Shown here piece after piece: positions 43,914 to 54,388 of a stretch of DNA of 64,000 nt (position 1 is its first letter; the number at the start of each line of letters is the position of its first letter). Source of the stretch: Chloropicon primus (taxonomy: Eukaryota). The stretch covers positions 1,488,001-1,552,000 of the forward strand of contig CP060754.1 in the NCBI GenBank assembly GCA_023205875.1, given 5' to 3'. The notes beneath the pieces were generated by a model. The model was given only the letters and a program-made list of their open reading frames with translations, had not been told where the DNA came from and searched no databases. The position numbers and the translations under genes are program-made.

Positions 43914-44488
43914 AGGCTTGGTTTTGCTCTGCCCAAAGCAATCTCCCTCTTCACTCTTCCTGCTTGACCTTGACGATGGAAGGGGCCGTCTTGCTTCGTG
44001 TTCTCTTCGACGACGGAGGACGAACTTTGCAGAGCCCGACCTCTTCGAGGTACTCTCTCTTCACAATACATTGTTCTTTGTCGCTCAGCATAAGAGATGC
44101 GTCCGCAAAGATGATCCTCAACGCCTCGTTGTAGTCCGCGATCTCTCTTCTTCTCTGATGACTTGCTGTCGTAACGCTGGGCCTCCTGCACGGCTTCGGC
44201 GTACTCCTCCTCCGTCATCAGGCCGGACTCGAGAGCCTCTCTCAAATCCAAAGCATAGGGAGAAGGAGAACTTGTTGTGTTGTTGGTGTTGTTGTTGTTG
44301 GTGGTGGCGTTGGACTTCTGCTGCTCATTGAGGTTGTCAGCGGTTGATCGATTCAAGTATTCCTTGGCAATGGCATATATTCCCAGGGCATTGCGAACAA
44401 AGCGGGGACTGCGTGAACAAGCAGCACTGACCCTCTTCTGCAATTTCTCATCATCAGTAGAAACAGAACCATGCATACGCCTGAACAC
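43914..44488 (-). pseudogene. Inverted, 5'-truncated copy of the 3' part of the winged-helix gene (source about 49723-50290)
   Basis: The reverse complement is nearly identical to 49723-50270. It has a 2-nt deletion in the (AG) run near 44143-44148 causing a frameshift, a rearranged Asn/Thr tract and a more diverged 3' flank. Confidence 0.9.
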
Positions 44489-44548
44489 TTCCTGATACTA
44501 ATTGTGGATCAAAATTCGATATGAAGCTGCTATGTGAACCTAACAGCT

Positions 44549-46787
44549 CTAATTTATAATTGCAGAGAGTGAGATGGCGTACGCGACGATGCATGCAAAG
44601 GCGAGGCCGCACACCATGAGCACGGGCCCCTTGGGTCATCGAACCTCACGGTCTCCCTTCTGAGGATTTGCATGGTTCTCATCTTGTGCATGTACAGGGC
44701 GTACGCCATGAACGCGATGCCGACGGGGGCGAGGAGGGCGCCAGAGATCTGCGAGGCGTGCATTCTGTGCTCATCACCGGGATTCTTCTTCTTCCCTCCT
44801 CCCACCAAGCCGCCAACCGTGGACCCATCCATCAGGGAGAACGCCATGAAGATCACGATGACGCTGACTTGCAGCCAGCTCAAGAACGTTCTCTCGTTGG
44901 CGAAGAAGGTCTTGGGCTCGATCCTCGTCCTGACGATGGCGGCCGCTCGCGGCGTCATCGTGGTGTCCGACGAGTCATCCGGCTCCTCGGATGCCATCTT
45001 TTTGGAGGAAGACGTCTTCCTTGACAGGGCTTGCGGCATTGGCAGGCACATGATGTGGTACTCATTCGGCCCGTCGCCCTTGGAGACGAAGAGGTTCCTC
45101 ACCTTTTTCCCAAAGGACCTCTTCCTGTCCAGCTTGTCCCCGCCGATGTCCTCGACGACCTCCGGGCCAGCGGGCCTGCCCGTCTTCACGGGAGGCAGGC
45201 CCTTGAAGTCCTTCGGCCCCGCAGGCGCTCTCTGCTGGGGCTGGCCATTCTCGTCGTCAAAGAGCGTGGGGTTGGCCTTCTCCAGGAAGGGGTCTCGCGT
45301 GTCCGCCATCTCCTCAAAGTTGGCCGGGGACATCCCCCCCTTGCCGTCGGGCAGGAACCACCAAGGGGAGTTCCTCAGCTTGCTTGGGTACAGCAAAGCC
45401 ATGCCGTTCTGGAACTTGGAGAACTTGGGCACCGCCACCAGCAGTCCCCCCTCGGTGAGCCTGTTGACCCACTCGGCGGGCTCGTCCTGGAGTTTCACCT
45501 CGAGCACCGTGTAGGGGAAGTTCACGACGTCCTGGGGCGGGAGGGGGGCGGTCATGTCCCTGCACCAGTCGCCCCCCTTCCTCGGGGCGTTCTTCTCCCT
45601 GATCATCTTCAGGTCGGTGTCGATCGAGATCCTCACCGCGTTGCTCGTGGCCTCCTGGAAGGCGGACCTCATGTACTGCGTTCGGACCATCGGGATCTGC
45701 TTCTTGCCCTTCTCCGCCAGAAAGGCCTGGATGCTCGCCAGGAGCTGGCCGTTCTTGTCGCTGCTGGCGACGTTGGGCGGGAGATCCCCCTTGGTGAGGG
45801 CGGCGTGGATGTGCTGCTGCTCCACCGGGCACCTCTCCTTGACGCTCTTGTTCCCGGTCCAGAACTCCCTGTGGACCTTCCTCTCCACGAAGAGGGGGAA
45901 GCCCTTGGACTGGTCCCTCTCGCCGTACCACCTCACCCTCACCAGGGACGCGAAGTCGTGCCTGAGGAGCCTGTTGTGGTACACCTGCAAGTCCGGCGTG
46001 TCGTAGTACACCGAGGAGATCTTTTGCGAGTCCCTCAGCACCTCGTCGCCAGCCGTCGCCATGAAGGACAGGCTGCCCCCTCGGTCTTGCCGCCCTGCTT
46101 CCGGCCGAAGATCAGGAGCGGCAGGTGCTTGATGATCTCGAACTTGACCCTCATCAGGTCCTCCGTCTTCACCCAGTACTTGGTCGTCTTCCTCTGGAAG
46201 GACTCGGGGGGGACCCAGACGGCGTCCCCGCCCTCCTTGTTGTTCTTCACCCTCCTGGCCCTGGCGTACAGGTCACTCAGGAGGACGAGGAACGTCTCCA
46301 GAAGGCCCTCCACCTCCTCGCACTTGGACTCGTACTCGGACATCTCCAGCCTCTTCGGCCTCACGCCGGACTCCCTCAGCACGCCCTCGAACTTGGCCGC
46401 CAGGTTCTGGAAGGCCTCCAGGTTCTGGGACATGAAGAGCCCAAGGGACAGGATCTCCTCGCCGAGCCCGTTGATGCTCGACTCGATGTCCTGGACCCGG
46501 TACAGGCTGATCTTCTGGGCCTTGGGGTCCTTGGCGTCCGTCGGAAGCTCCCCGTGCACCAGGTCGATCCTCATCCAGATGTTCTCCACGCTGGACGACG
46601 CGAACCGGGTCAGCCGCTTGACCTCCGACTCGAAGTCCCGCACGAACGCCTCCCGACTCGCCAAGTCCTTCCGCAAGTTCCCTTGGGCCATCATCTCCTG
46701 GATCTTCGACTTGAACGCGGCGTAACGCACGTAGTTGTGCCGCTCGTTCGGCTTCGCCTTCGCCTCGAACTCCGTCTGGAAACCCAT
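44549..46787 (-). CDS. VTC4: VTC4-type polyphosphate polymerase (SPX + VTC + DUF202), with two apparent frameshifts in this sequence
   Basis: SPX-like start MGFQ...YVRYAAFK; FQRKTTKYWV; ISSVYYD, VRVRWYG, FVERKVHRE, VLEVKLQ, VPKFSKF and EPKTFFANERTFLSW. The frame breaks at 46076-46080 and 44624-44635. Confidence 0.9.
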
Positions 46788-47533
46788 GGTGACGGACGGA
46801 TGCGGGCGAAAAGGTCTAGTGGAGTCGAAATTCGGTCCCGCTCGACTCGATCGCGCCCGCGCCCCGCGTAATGCGCGCTGGACAATCGACAGCGATCACC
46901 CAGCCCGAGCGCGCCTCTCGATGTGACGAGAGACAATTTCTTGTCGGGGACGAAAATCATTTCCCTTGGAAATGCGAGAAGAAATTTGAAGAATGTGAAT
47001 ATGGATGGGATGGTGGGACGATCGCAACACATCGCATCACGCATCGCATCGCATCGCATCGCAACACATCGCGATGTGGTGTCCCGTCGTCTCGCGTTGC
47101 GTCGGCCTTCCCCGTCCTCTTTCCAACCCCCGTTGGACTTGGACGTTACGAGTAACGTTCGTTCCCCACGGGGGGGACCGCTCGCTCCCTCCTCTGTGTG
47201 TGTGCAGGGCCTGCCTAGAAGCACGCGTTTTGCGTCTTGTCGAGTGACGAAAATGCGTGCGTGTGTGCGTCGTCTCGCGTCGCGTCGGCCTTCCCCGTCC
47301 GTCGGTCTTCCCCGTCCGTCCGCATCCTTCAAGTCTCTCGCTGTGCCTTCACACGCCAGGACGCGAAACGCATTCACGATACGATCAAAAAGGAAGCGGC
47401 CACCTTCGTTCGTTGACTGAGAAAGGAAGGACAGGATTACCATTGTTACAACAACAACAAACAAGCTTGCGTTATTCGTCTCATCCAACCTCCCCCTCCT
47501 CCTCTCTTCTGTCCTCTTTCGTCGGTGTCGGCA

Positions 47534-48340
47534 TCAGGCGGCGAGCTCGCCGCTGTCGGTGATCTTCACCGTCTTGGTGGGCTGCCCGCTCCCGGAGCCG
47601 ACGGCCTCCACCTTGTACAGCACGTCCATGCCCTCCACGACCTCGCCGAAGACGACGTGCTTGCCGTTCAGCCAGCTGGTGGTGACCGTGGTGATGAAGA
47701 ACTGACTTCCGTTGGTGTTCGGACCGGAGTTGGCCATGCTCAGGACTCCTGGACCCGTGTGCTTGAGCTTGAAGTTCTCGTCGTCGAACTTGGCGCCGTA
47801 GATGGACTCCCCGCCCATCCCGTTGAAGTTGGTGAAGTCTCCCCCCTGCACCATGAACTGGGGGATGATCCTGTGGAAGATGGTGTCCTTGTAGCACAGA
47901 GGCTTGCCCTTGGTGCCCTTGCCCTTCTCGCACGTGCAGAGGGCACGGAAGTTCTCCGCGGTCTTTGGAACGACATTGCCGTACAGGCCCATCACGATCC
48001 TTCCCGCCTTGTCTCCGCCGATCTCCACGTCGAAGTACACCTTTTCGAGGAGCAAAAAGCAAACACACAAACACACAAAGCAAAGAGAAAGAGGGGGGGG
48101 CAAAAGTTAGAGAGTGGTCAGAGCAACTCCGGGACGCGCCAGCCTCGTCCGCCTCCTCCTCCTCGTCGTCACCGCCGTGCGCCCTCGAGACACGCTTCTC
48201 CTTACCTTTGTGGTGATCTCCGCCTGGGGTTCTTTGTTGGCCTCCACTTGTTGGACGTCCGCTCCGGTGGAGAGGATCACAAGAAAGAAGAGGAGTCCCA
48301 CCGTGCAGGGGACGAGAACCTTTGCGTTCCTTCTGGCCAT
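47534..48340 (-). CDS. Secretory-pathway cyclophilin PPIase (intron 48041-48205)
   Basis: Signal-peptide exon joins [10 protein letters not shown]...[13 protein letters not shown]...[15 protein letters not shown]...[19 protein letters not shown]. Confidence 0.95.
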
Positions 48341-48801
48341 GTCTACTACCCTTTTCGTCAAAGTCGTGCCCTCCCTCGAAGCGTTCGGTCGCCTCATACA
48401 ATTGCTCCCCGTCTCGTCGCAGTCAGTCGCCTCCTGGCTTGAATTGGGCTTCGCAAAAACCAAAACCCTAGAGGAGAGAGAGAGAACGGATAACGCCTCG
48501 CGGGGGTTTGTCGGCGCATGACGGGGAGAGGGTAGGTGCTTGTCGAGGACTTTGTGCACGAACGGTGACGAGGAAAGGGAGGAGGTGTGGAAAGAACGCA
48601 AGGGCGTCTCAAGGGCTTTCGATTGATACATCGGCTGAAGGTTTTCACGAAAAAGAGGAGTGGTCCTCCCTTTGAGACGACAGGCGTTAGAGAAGGCTGC
48701 CTCGAAGTTTGTTTTGCGAGTTGTTGGCTCGGTTCGTGAAGAGGAAGAGGAAGGCAAGTCTTCGTCGAGCTGTGCAGTGTTTTGCGGTGCTTTGTTTCAT
48801 C

Positions 48802-50262
48802 ATGAGGCGTCCCACGAGACAGAGACGCTGGACACGCACCAGGTCGACGGCGGCGATGATCGCGGCGGCGAGGGCCGTCGCCGGTGGTGATGACGACAAG
48901 GGAGGGTTGTCCCCAGGTGCCATGGACATGGACGTGGACGGAGAGTATTTGGCGAGCTTCTCGACGGGCTCTACGACGATCATCGAAGAGGAGAGCGACA
49001 GTGAGGAGGATAGTGGTGGTGCGGATTCGTCCTGCCAACCTGAGACAGCGCAGGTGACTATGATGAGAGGCAACGCACGTCCTTTCAGGACTCGCAATGG
49101 AAAGAGAACTCTTGTGACTGCCGTCTATCTCGTTCTTCAAGATGCTGCGGGAGGGAGCTTGTTTGCCAAAGAGATCCATGCACGGATCCAGGCCAAGAAG
49201 TTGTATGTGTTCAGGCGGAGAGATGGCTCTGTTCATACTGATCCGAAGAGAATGCTTCAGAGGGTCAGGAATGCTTGTTCACGCAGTCCCCGCTTTGTTC
49301 GCACTGCCGTGGGAAGATATGCCATTGCCAAGGAATACTTGAATGGGTCCAACACCTCACCGCTTCGGGATGCCGTCTATCGCGTTCTTCAAGATGCGGG
49401 AGGGAGCTTGCGCGTCAAAGAGATCCATGCACGGATCCAGGCCAAGAAGCTATATGTGTTCAAGCGAAGAGATGGTTCTGTTTCTACTGATGATGAGATA
49501 ATGCGGGCCGCTGTCAGCTCTGCTTGTTCAAAGAGCCCCCGCTTTGTTCGCACTGAACGTGGAACATATGCCATTGCCAAGGAACCCTTGAATGGGTCCA
49601 ATACTCAAGTTGCTGTCAGCACCTCAACGCTTCGGGATGCCATCTATCGCGTTCTTCAAGATGTGGGAAGGAGCTTGCACATCAAAGAGATCCTTGCCCG
49701 TATCAAGGCGAAGAAGCTATATGTGTTCAGGCGTATGCATGGTTCTGTTTCTACTGATGATGAGAAATTGCAGAAGAGGGTCAGTGCTGCTTGTTCACGC
49801 AGTCCCCGCTTTGTTCGCAATGCCCTGGGAATATATGCCATTGCCAAGGAATACTTGAATCGATCAACCGCTGACAACCTCAATGAGCAGCAGAAGTCCA
49901 ACGCCACCAACAACAACAACACCAACAACAACACAACAAGTTCTCCTTCTCCCTATGCTTTGGATTTGAGAGAGGCTCTCGAGTCCGGCCTGATGACGGA
50001 GGAGGAGTACGCCGAAGCCGTGCAGGAGGCCCAGCGTTACGACAGCAAGTCATCAGAGAAGAAGAGAGAGATCGCGGACTACAACGAGGCGTTGAGGATC
50101 ATCTTTGCGGACGCATCTCTTATGCTGAGCGACAAGGAACAATGTATTGTGAAGAGAGAGTACCTCGAAGAGGTCGGGCTCTGCAAAGTTCGTCCTCCGT
50201 CGTCGAAGAGAACACGAAGCAAGACGGCCCCTTCCATCGTCAAGGTCAAGCAGGAAGAGTGA
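48802..50262 (+). CDS. Protein with three tandem HARE-HTH-like winged-helix domains (start uncertain: 48802, 48857 or 48922)
   Basis: Three ~80-aa repeats of the form LRDAVYRVLQDAGGSLxVKEIHARIQAKKLY...SPRFVRxxxGxYAIAKE, with an acidic N-terminus and an Asn-rich linker. Confidence 0.75.
   Translation: MRRPTRQRRWTRTRSTAAMIAAARAVAGGDDDKGGLSPGAMDMDVDGEYLASFSTGSTTIIEEESDSEEDSGGADSSCQPETAQVTMMRGNARPFRTRNGKRTLVTAVYLVLQDAAGGSLFAKEIHARIQAKKLYVFRRRDGSVHTDPKRMLQRVRNACSRSPRFVRTAVGRYAIAKEYLNGSNTSPLRDAVYRVLQDAGGSLRVKEIHARIQAKKLYVFKRRDGSVSTDDEIMRAAVSSACSKSPRFVRTERGTYAIAKEPLNGSNTQVAVSTSTLRDAIYRVLQDVGRSLHIKEILARIKAKKLYVFRRMHGSVSTDDEKLQKRVSAACSRSPRFVRNALGIYAIAKEYLNRSTADNLNEQQKSNATNNNNTNNNTTSSPSPYALDLREALESGLMTEEEYAEAVQEAQRYDSKSSEKKREIADYNEALRIIFADASLMLSDKEQCIVKREYLEEVGLCKVRPPSSKRTRSKTAPSIVKVKQEE
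49108..49860 (+). repeat. Three intragenic tandem repeats of about 250-270 bp
   Basis: Units start near 49108, 49361 and 49628 and share TCTATCGCGTTCTTCAAGATG, CCCCGCTTTGTTCGCA and ATATGCCATTGCCAAGGAA (first block with one mismatch in unit 1). Confidence 0.9.
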
Positions 50263-50624
50263 AGAGGCAGATTACTATGTGCAGAGCATGCAAGCTGTAG
50301 GAGACTGTATAAACGAAATGTAGATAGCAAATAACTTCACTCTGTGTTCTTAGGTGCCACCTTGCCTTTCCTCCTCTTCCTCCTCCTCATCATCATGACA
50401 CCGCCGAGCACGTTACAAAGCAAGCAAGCGGCAGATCCAACTCATTTCTTGATCCATCGAAAGTTGCAGCTGCTCTGGGAAGTGCGCGGGGACCTACACT
50501 CCTTTCCCAAGAAGGCCCCTTCCATGGGATGCCGCGCTCAGGCCTCCTCCACTCAACGCCCCTCCCCTCCTGCTTGAGTCCCTCTTGCAATCAATTGCAA
50601 AAGCACCGCATCTATGAAGGCTCG

Positions 50625-52433
50625 ATGTCGGGCAGCAGTAGTAACGGCCCGGGCGCGTCACAGAGAGAGAGAGAGAGAGAAGGCGAGAGTCCTAGGGGAG
50701 GTGGAGGGAGAGAGCGCTCGAACGTGGGGACAATGCCTGGGCATCGACCCCCGAAGTGGGCCCGGAAGCTGAAGAAGTTCGTGAACAAGAAGGCGAAGCG
50801 TGCGAAGGAGGTCTTCACGGGGAAGAAGCAGGAGGAGCCCTCCTGGAGCTTTGGGAGCAGCTCGGAGGAGGAGGACGAGTGGGAGGACCGGGTCGGGTTC
50901 GAGGCGCAGGTGGCCGGCTTCCGAAGGCTCAAGTCGCAGCGGAGCTCGAAGTGGGATCCCGACATTCTGGCCGCGTGGGGGGGCAACCCCGTGCTCTTCA
51001 CGAACGAGGACCTTCTGGACAACGACATCAGGGCGGAGACGATTAGGGACGCGAACCACGGGAGGTCCTTCGTGGTGCAGCCTGGGCCCGAGGAGGGGGA
51101 GAAGCAGCCGCTCTACATGGCGGGCGAGGGTCAGCGGGGGTACGGCGGGGCGGAGGGGCGGAGGGAGGAGGAGGCCTTCTACTCGCCCGGCAGCACGGGG
51201 GACATCCCCATCGTGAGGCTGCGGCTGGTGTACTTTCTCATCTGCTTCGCCACCAGCATCTCGTCCCCGTTCTTCGTGCTGTACATGAAGAACACAATCG
51301 GCATGTCCGCCGGTGAGGTGGGCCTCGTCGCTGCCCTGCAGATCGTGGGAGGGTACGCCGTGGGCCCGGCCTTCAGCCTGCTGGTGGACAGGTACAAGAT
51401 CCATAAGTCCGTGTGGGTGACGTCCATCCTGCTTGGGATCGTCCCCGTGGAGCTTATCACGAGCACGACGAGCTTCGAGTCCGCCCTGGCGGTGGCCCTG
51501 GCGATCGCGGCCCTCAACGCGCCGATCTCCTCGCTCCTGGACTCCTCCACCCTGAGGTTCCTGGGGAGCGAGTCTCACGAGTACGGGAAGATCAGGCTGT
51601 GGGGGGCCGTGGGCTGGGGTCTCGGCAGCCTGGTCGCGGGGTCCATCGTCCAGGTCCTTGGCGACAGCGCCGCGTTCCACCTCTTCGGGCTTTGCATGGT
51701 CGCCGTCGCGGTTGTCGTGTACTCCCTCGACTTCACCACCCTCAGCGGGTGGGACGACGCGGAGAGCGACCTCTCCTTCGGGGAGTCCGCGAGCCTCCTG
51801 ATCCCGAACGCCAAGTACTCCATCTTCCTGGTCGTGGCCGTCGTGGCCGGGTTCGGGGCCACGAGCCTCCAGTCCCTCCTGCTGATGTTCCTGAGCGACC
51901 TCGGGGCTCCTGACATTCTGGAGGGCCTGACCCTGTCGGTCGCGACACTTTCGGAGATGCCAATCTTCTACGCGAGCGGCGCGATCATCAAGCGCTACGG
52001 GGCGTCCTCCCTGCTCCTCGCCTCCATGGTCGTCTTCACCATCAGGTCCGTCCTGGTCTCCTTCCTGCAAGACCCTTGGATGGTCCTTCCCCTGCAGCTG
52101 CTGCACGGCTTCACGTTCGCCGGGGCCTGGACGGCGGGCGTGGCAATAGCAAAGCAGAACAGCCCCCCCGGGATGGAGACGAGCGGCCAGTCCCTCTTCA
52201 GCCTCGCTTACAGTGGCGTCGGAGGCCTGTCGGGGAGCATCGTCGGGGGGCAGCTCTACAACGTCCTCGGACCCAGGACCATGTATCGGATCAAGGGCCT
52301 GGTCTTCGCCCTCACCGCGGTCACCTACACGCTCACCCTGGTCGATTGGGAGGCCCTCCGTCTCAAGAAGTGGGGGAACAAGAGGTCTGGACACTTCCCA
52401 CAAGGCAGCGCCTCCGCATACCACGCCATCTAA
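50625..52433 (+). CDS. Major facilitator superfamily transporter (MFSD6/MFS_1-like)
   Basis: About 12 TM helices; YGKIRLWGAVGWG, SEMPIF and LPLQLLHGFTFA; hydrophilic N-terminal extension. The start could be 50733. Confidence 0.88.
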   Translation: MSGSSSNGPGASQREREREGESPRGGGGRERSNVGTMPGHRPPKWARKLKKFVNKKAKRAKEVFTGKKQEEPSWSFGSSSEEEDEWEDRVGFEAQVAGFRRLKSQRSSKWDPDILAAWGGNPVLFTNEDLLDNDIRAETIRDANHGRSFVVQPGPEEGEKQPLYMAGEGQRGYGGAEGRREEEAFYSPGSTGDIPIVRLRLVYFLICFATSISSPFFVLYMKNTIGMSAGEVGLVAALQIVGGYAVGPAFSLLVDRYKIHKSVWVTSILLGIVPVELITSTTSFESALAVALAIAALNAPISSLLDSSTLRFLGSESHEYGKIRLWGAVGWGLGSLVAGSIVQVLGDSAAFHLFGLCMVAVAVVVYSLDFTTLSGWDDAESDLSFGESASLLIPNAKYSIFLVVAVVAGFGATSLQSLLLMFLSDLGAPDILEGLTLSVATLSEMPIFYASGAIIKRYGASSLLLASMVVFTIRSVLVSFLQDPWMVLPLQLLHGFTFAGAWTAGVAIAKQNSPPGMETSGQSLFSLAYSGVGGLSGSIVGGQLYNVLGPRTMYRIKGLVFALTAVTYTLTLVDWEALRLKKWGNKRSGHFPQGSASAYHAI

Positions 52434-52533
52434 CTCAACCCCCACACCCTTATATGTAAGCGTTACTTGTATCAATAATCAGCAAGCACTTTTCTCTCCA
52501 GCCCCCAGCCCAGCCAGGCAAAGCTTGAAGAAG

Positions 52534-54087
52534 ATGAGGCCCGATTGGCGAGGTTGGAGGAGAGCGGCGGGGAAAGGGGGAAGAGGGAGGGGAGGCAGCG
52601 GCGGAAGGAGGGCCTTCGGCGGCAGCGGTGGCTACGGCGGCGGCGGATTCGGCGCGGGAAGGGGCCTGTCCCTCGGATCGCTGGCACTCGGTGGAGCTCT
52701 CGGTGCGGGCGTGGGGGCAGGCCTCGCGATATGGTGGCTCGAGCAGAAGAGGGCGGCAGCGACTCCCGGAGTCGAAGTCGTCACGGCGAGGGAATCGGGC
52801 ACCGATCCGCTCGACCACCCTGCCCTCAAGTTCGGGATGCCCGTGGGAAGCATCCTCCGGCCGTTCACGAATTTCGTCTCCTACTTCGACACGAGGTGAG
52901 TCTGATTGGGTTTTCCTGCACCGTGTGAAGGGCTGCTGACTGACCTGACGCTCGATCGGGGCGCCGGTCAGGACGAGGAACCCTCACTGGGTGATCGAAA
53001 GAATATCGGAGGACACATCTCGCGGCGATGGAGACAGGAAGTTCAGCAAGTTCAAGGAGGATGACAAGATTCCGGACAAGCTTCGAAACAAGGTAGGTCC
53101 CTGGCCCCGCCCTCCCACGGGTTTTCGCCGCCCGATTGGCCGCTGACTGACTCCTCGATCGTCTCGCGCTCCCAGCTGGACGACTTTCGTGGCAGCGGCT
53201 ACGACAGGGGGCACATGGCTCCCGCCAGTGCGCACAAGCTCAATCAGGCAACCATGGACGAAACGTTCACCTTGTCGAACATCTCTCCCCAGGTCGGGGA
53301 CGGGTTCAACAGGGACTACTGGGCCAGGTTTGAGAGCTACGTGAAGTCACTCTCCAAGGACTGCGACGAGATTCACGTGGTGACGGGGCCGCTGTTCCTG
53401 CCGCAGCCCAAGGGGGGCTCCAGGTTGTTGCCGGCAGACATTCAGGCCAGAGCCGATGGCAGCGAGTGGGAGATGAGGTACGACCTCCTGGGGAAAGCGC
53501 CGGAGCTCATGGCGGTGCCAACCCACTTCTTCAAGGTCGTCCTCACCACGAAGACGAGGGGAAACGGCCAGAAAGATCACGCCGTGGGAAGCTTTGTGAT
53601 GCCGAACGCTTACATACCGCCAGACAGCCCCTTGACGAGGTTCATCGTCCCCCTGGACTCCCTGGAGAGGGCCGTGGGAACCATCTTTTTCCCCAAGCTC
53701 GTGAAGGATAGGTAAGCCTCCCCCCCGTTCGCCGGGCATTGGCCCCACCCATCGAGGGGTTCTGACTCTGGTGCCTTCTCCCTTCTTCGTCTTGCCACGC
53801 AAACTAGGGGCACGAACCAAACCTCCCTGAACGGTTACGCGTACGATTTCGACAGGGCGGCTCTGAAGTGGCAAAACAGAGGGACGAGCGAGATGAAGCA
53901 GCTCGAGTCCTCGAAGAGCGACGACAGTGCCGGCATCATGGTCAGGGACGACTACAGCGAGGAGAGCAAGAAGGCTTCCTCGAGGGTGAGGAATATCGCG
54001 CACCTCTGCGATTCTTCGGGATGCCAGCTTCCTCAGGAGGGATTCTGGAAGAAAGGAGGCCACAAGGCCAGGTCAGGCAGCAGGTGA
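52534..54087 (+). CDS. ENDOG: Mitochondrial endonuclease G/NUC1 (introns 52896-52971, 53093-53175, 53712-53807)
   Basis: The spliced product contains FDTRTRNPHWVIE, GSGYDRGHMAPA (DRGH active site), TFTLSNISPQVGDGFNRDYW and VPTHFFKV. Confidence 0.92.
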
Positions 54088-54388
54088 AGTGACCAAACCA
54101 TAACGACAATAACAACAAGCTTAATCTATCCTCCTCCTAATCCTAATCTAATCCTAATCATCGATCCATCTCCTCCACTTTCAAGAGAGGGGATAGGGCG
54201 AGAACGAGAAGGCGTGATGATATGGAGGACGCGGAGGCCGGGAGCGGCGGGCGAAGGGCGGGACGATAAGACTGGTTAGGCGTTAGACGACCTCAGAGAG
54301 TTTCCACTCCTGTATCAAGGGTTGCTCGATTTGGCTGCGGAGAGGAGGAGCGGGAGAGGGGGTTCACTTGTGCAGGGAATGTGAGGTG

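Noticed and set aside
46070..46085. Programmed ribosomal frameshift in VTC4
   Set aside because: No X XXY YYZ heptamer, and a second homopolymer indel in the same gene favours sequencing error or decay.
43914..50290. DNA transposon with long terminal inverted repeats
   Set aside because: No transposase, no evident target-site duplication, and the repeat arm is the internal coding sequence of a gene.
52434..52533. Bicistronic MFS-EndoG transcript (100-nt gap)
   Set aside because: A TGTAA poly(A)-type signal lies in the gap at about 52455, consistent with independent termination.
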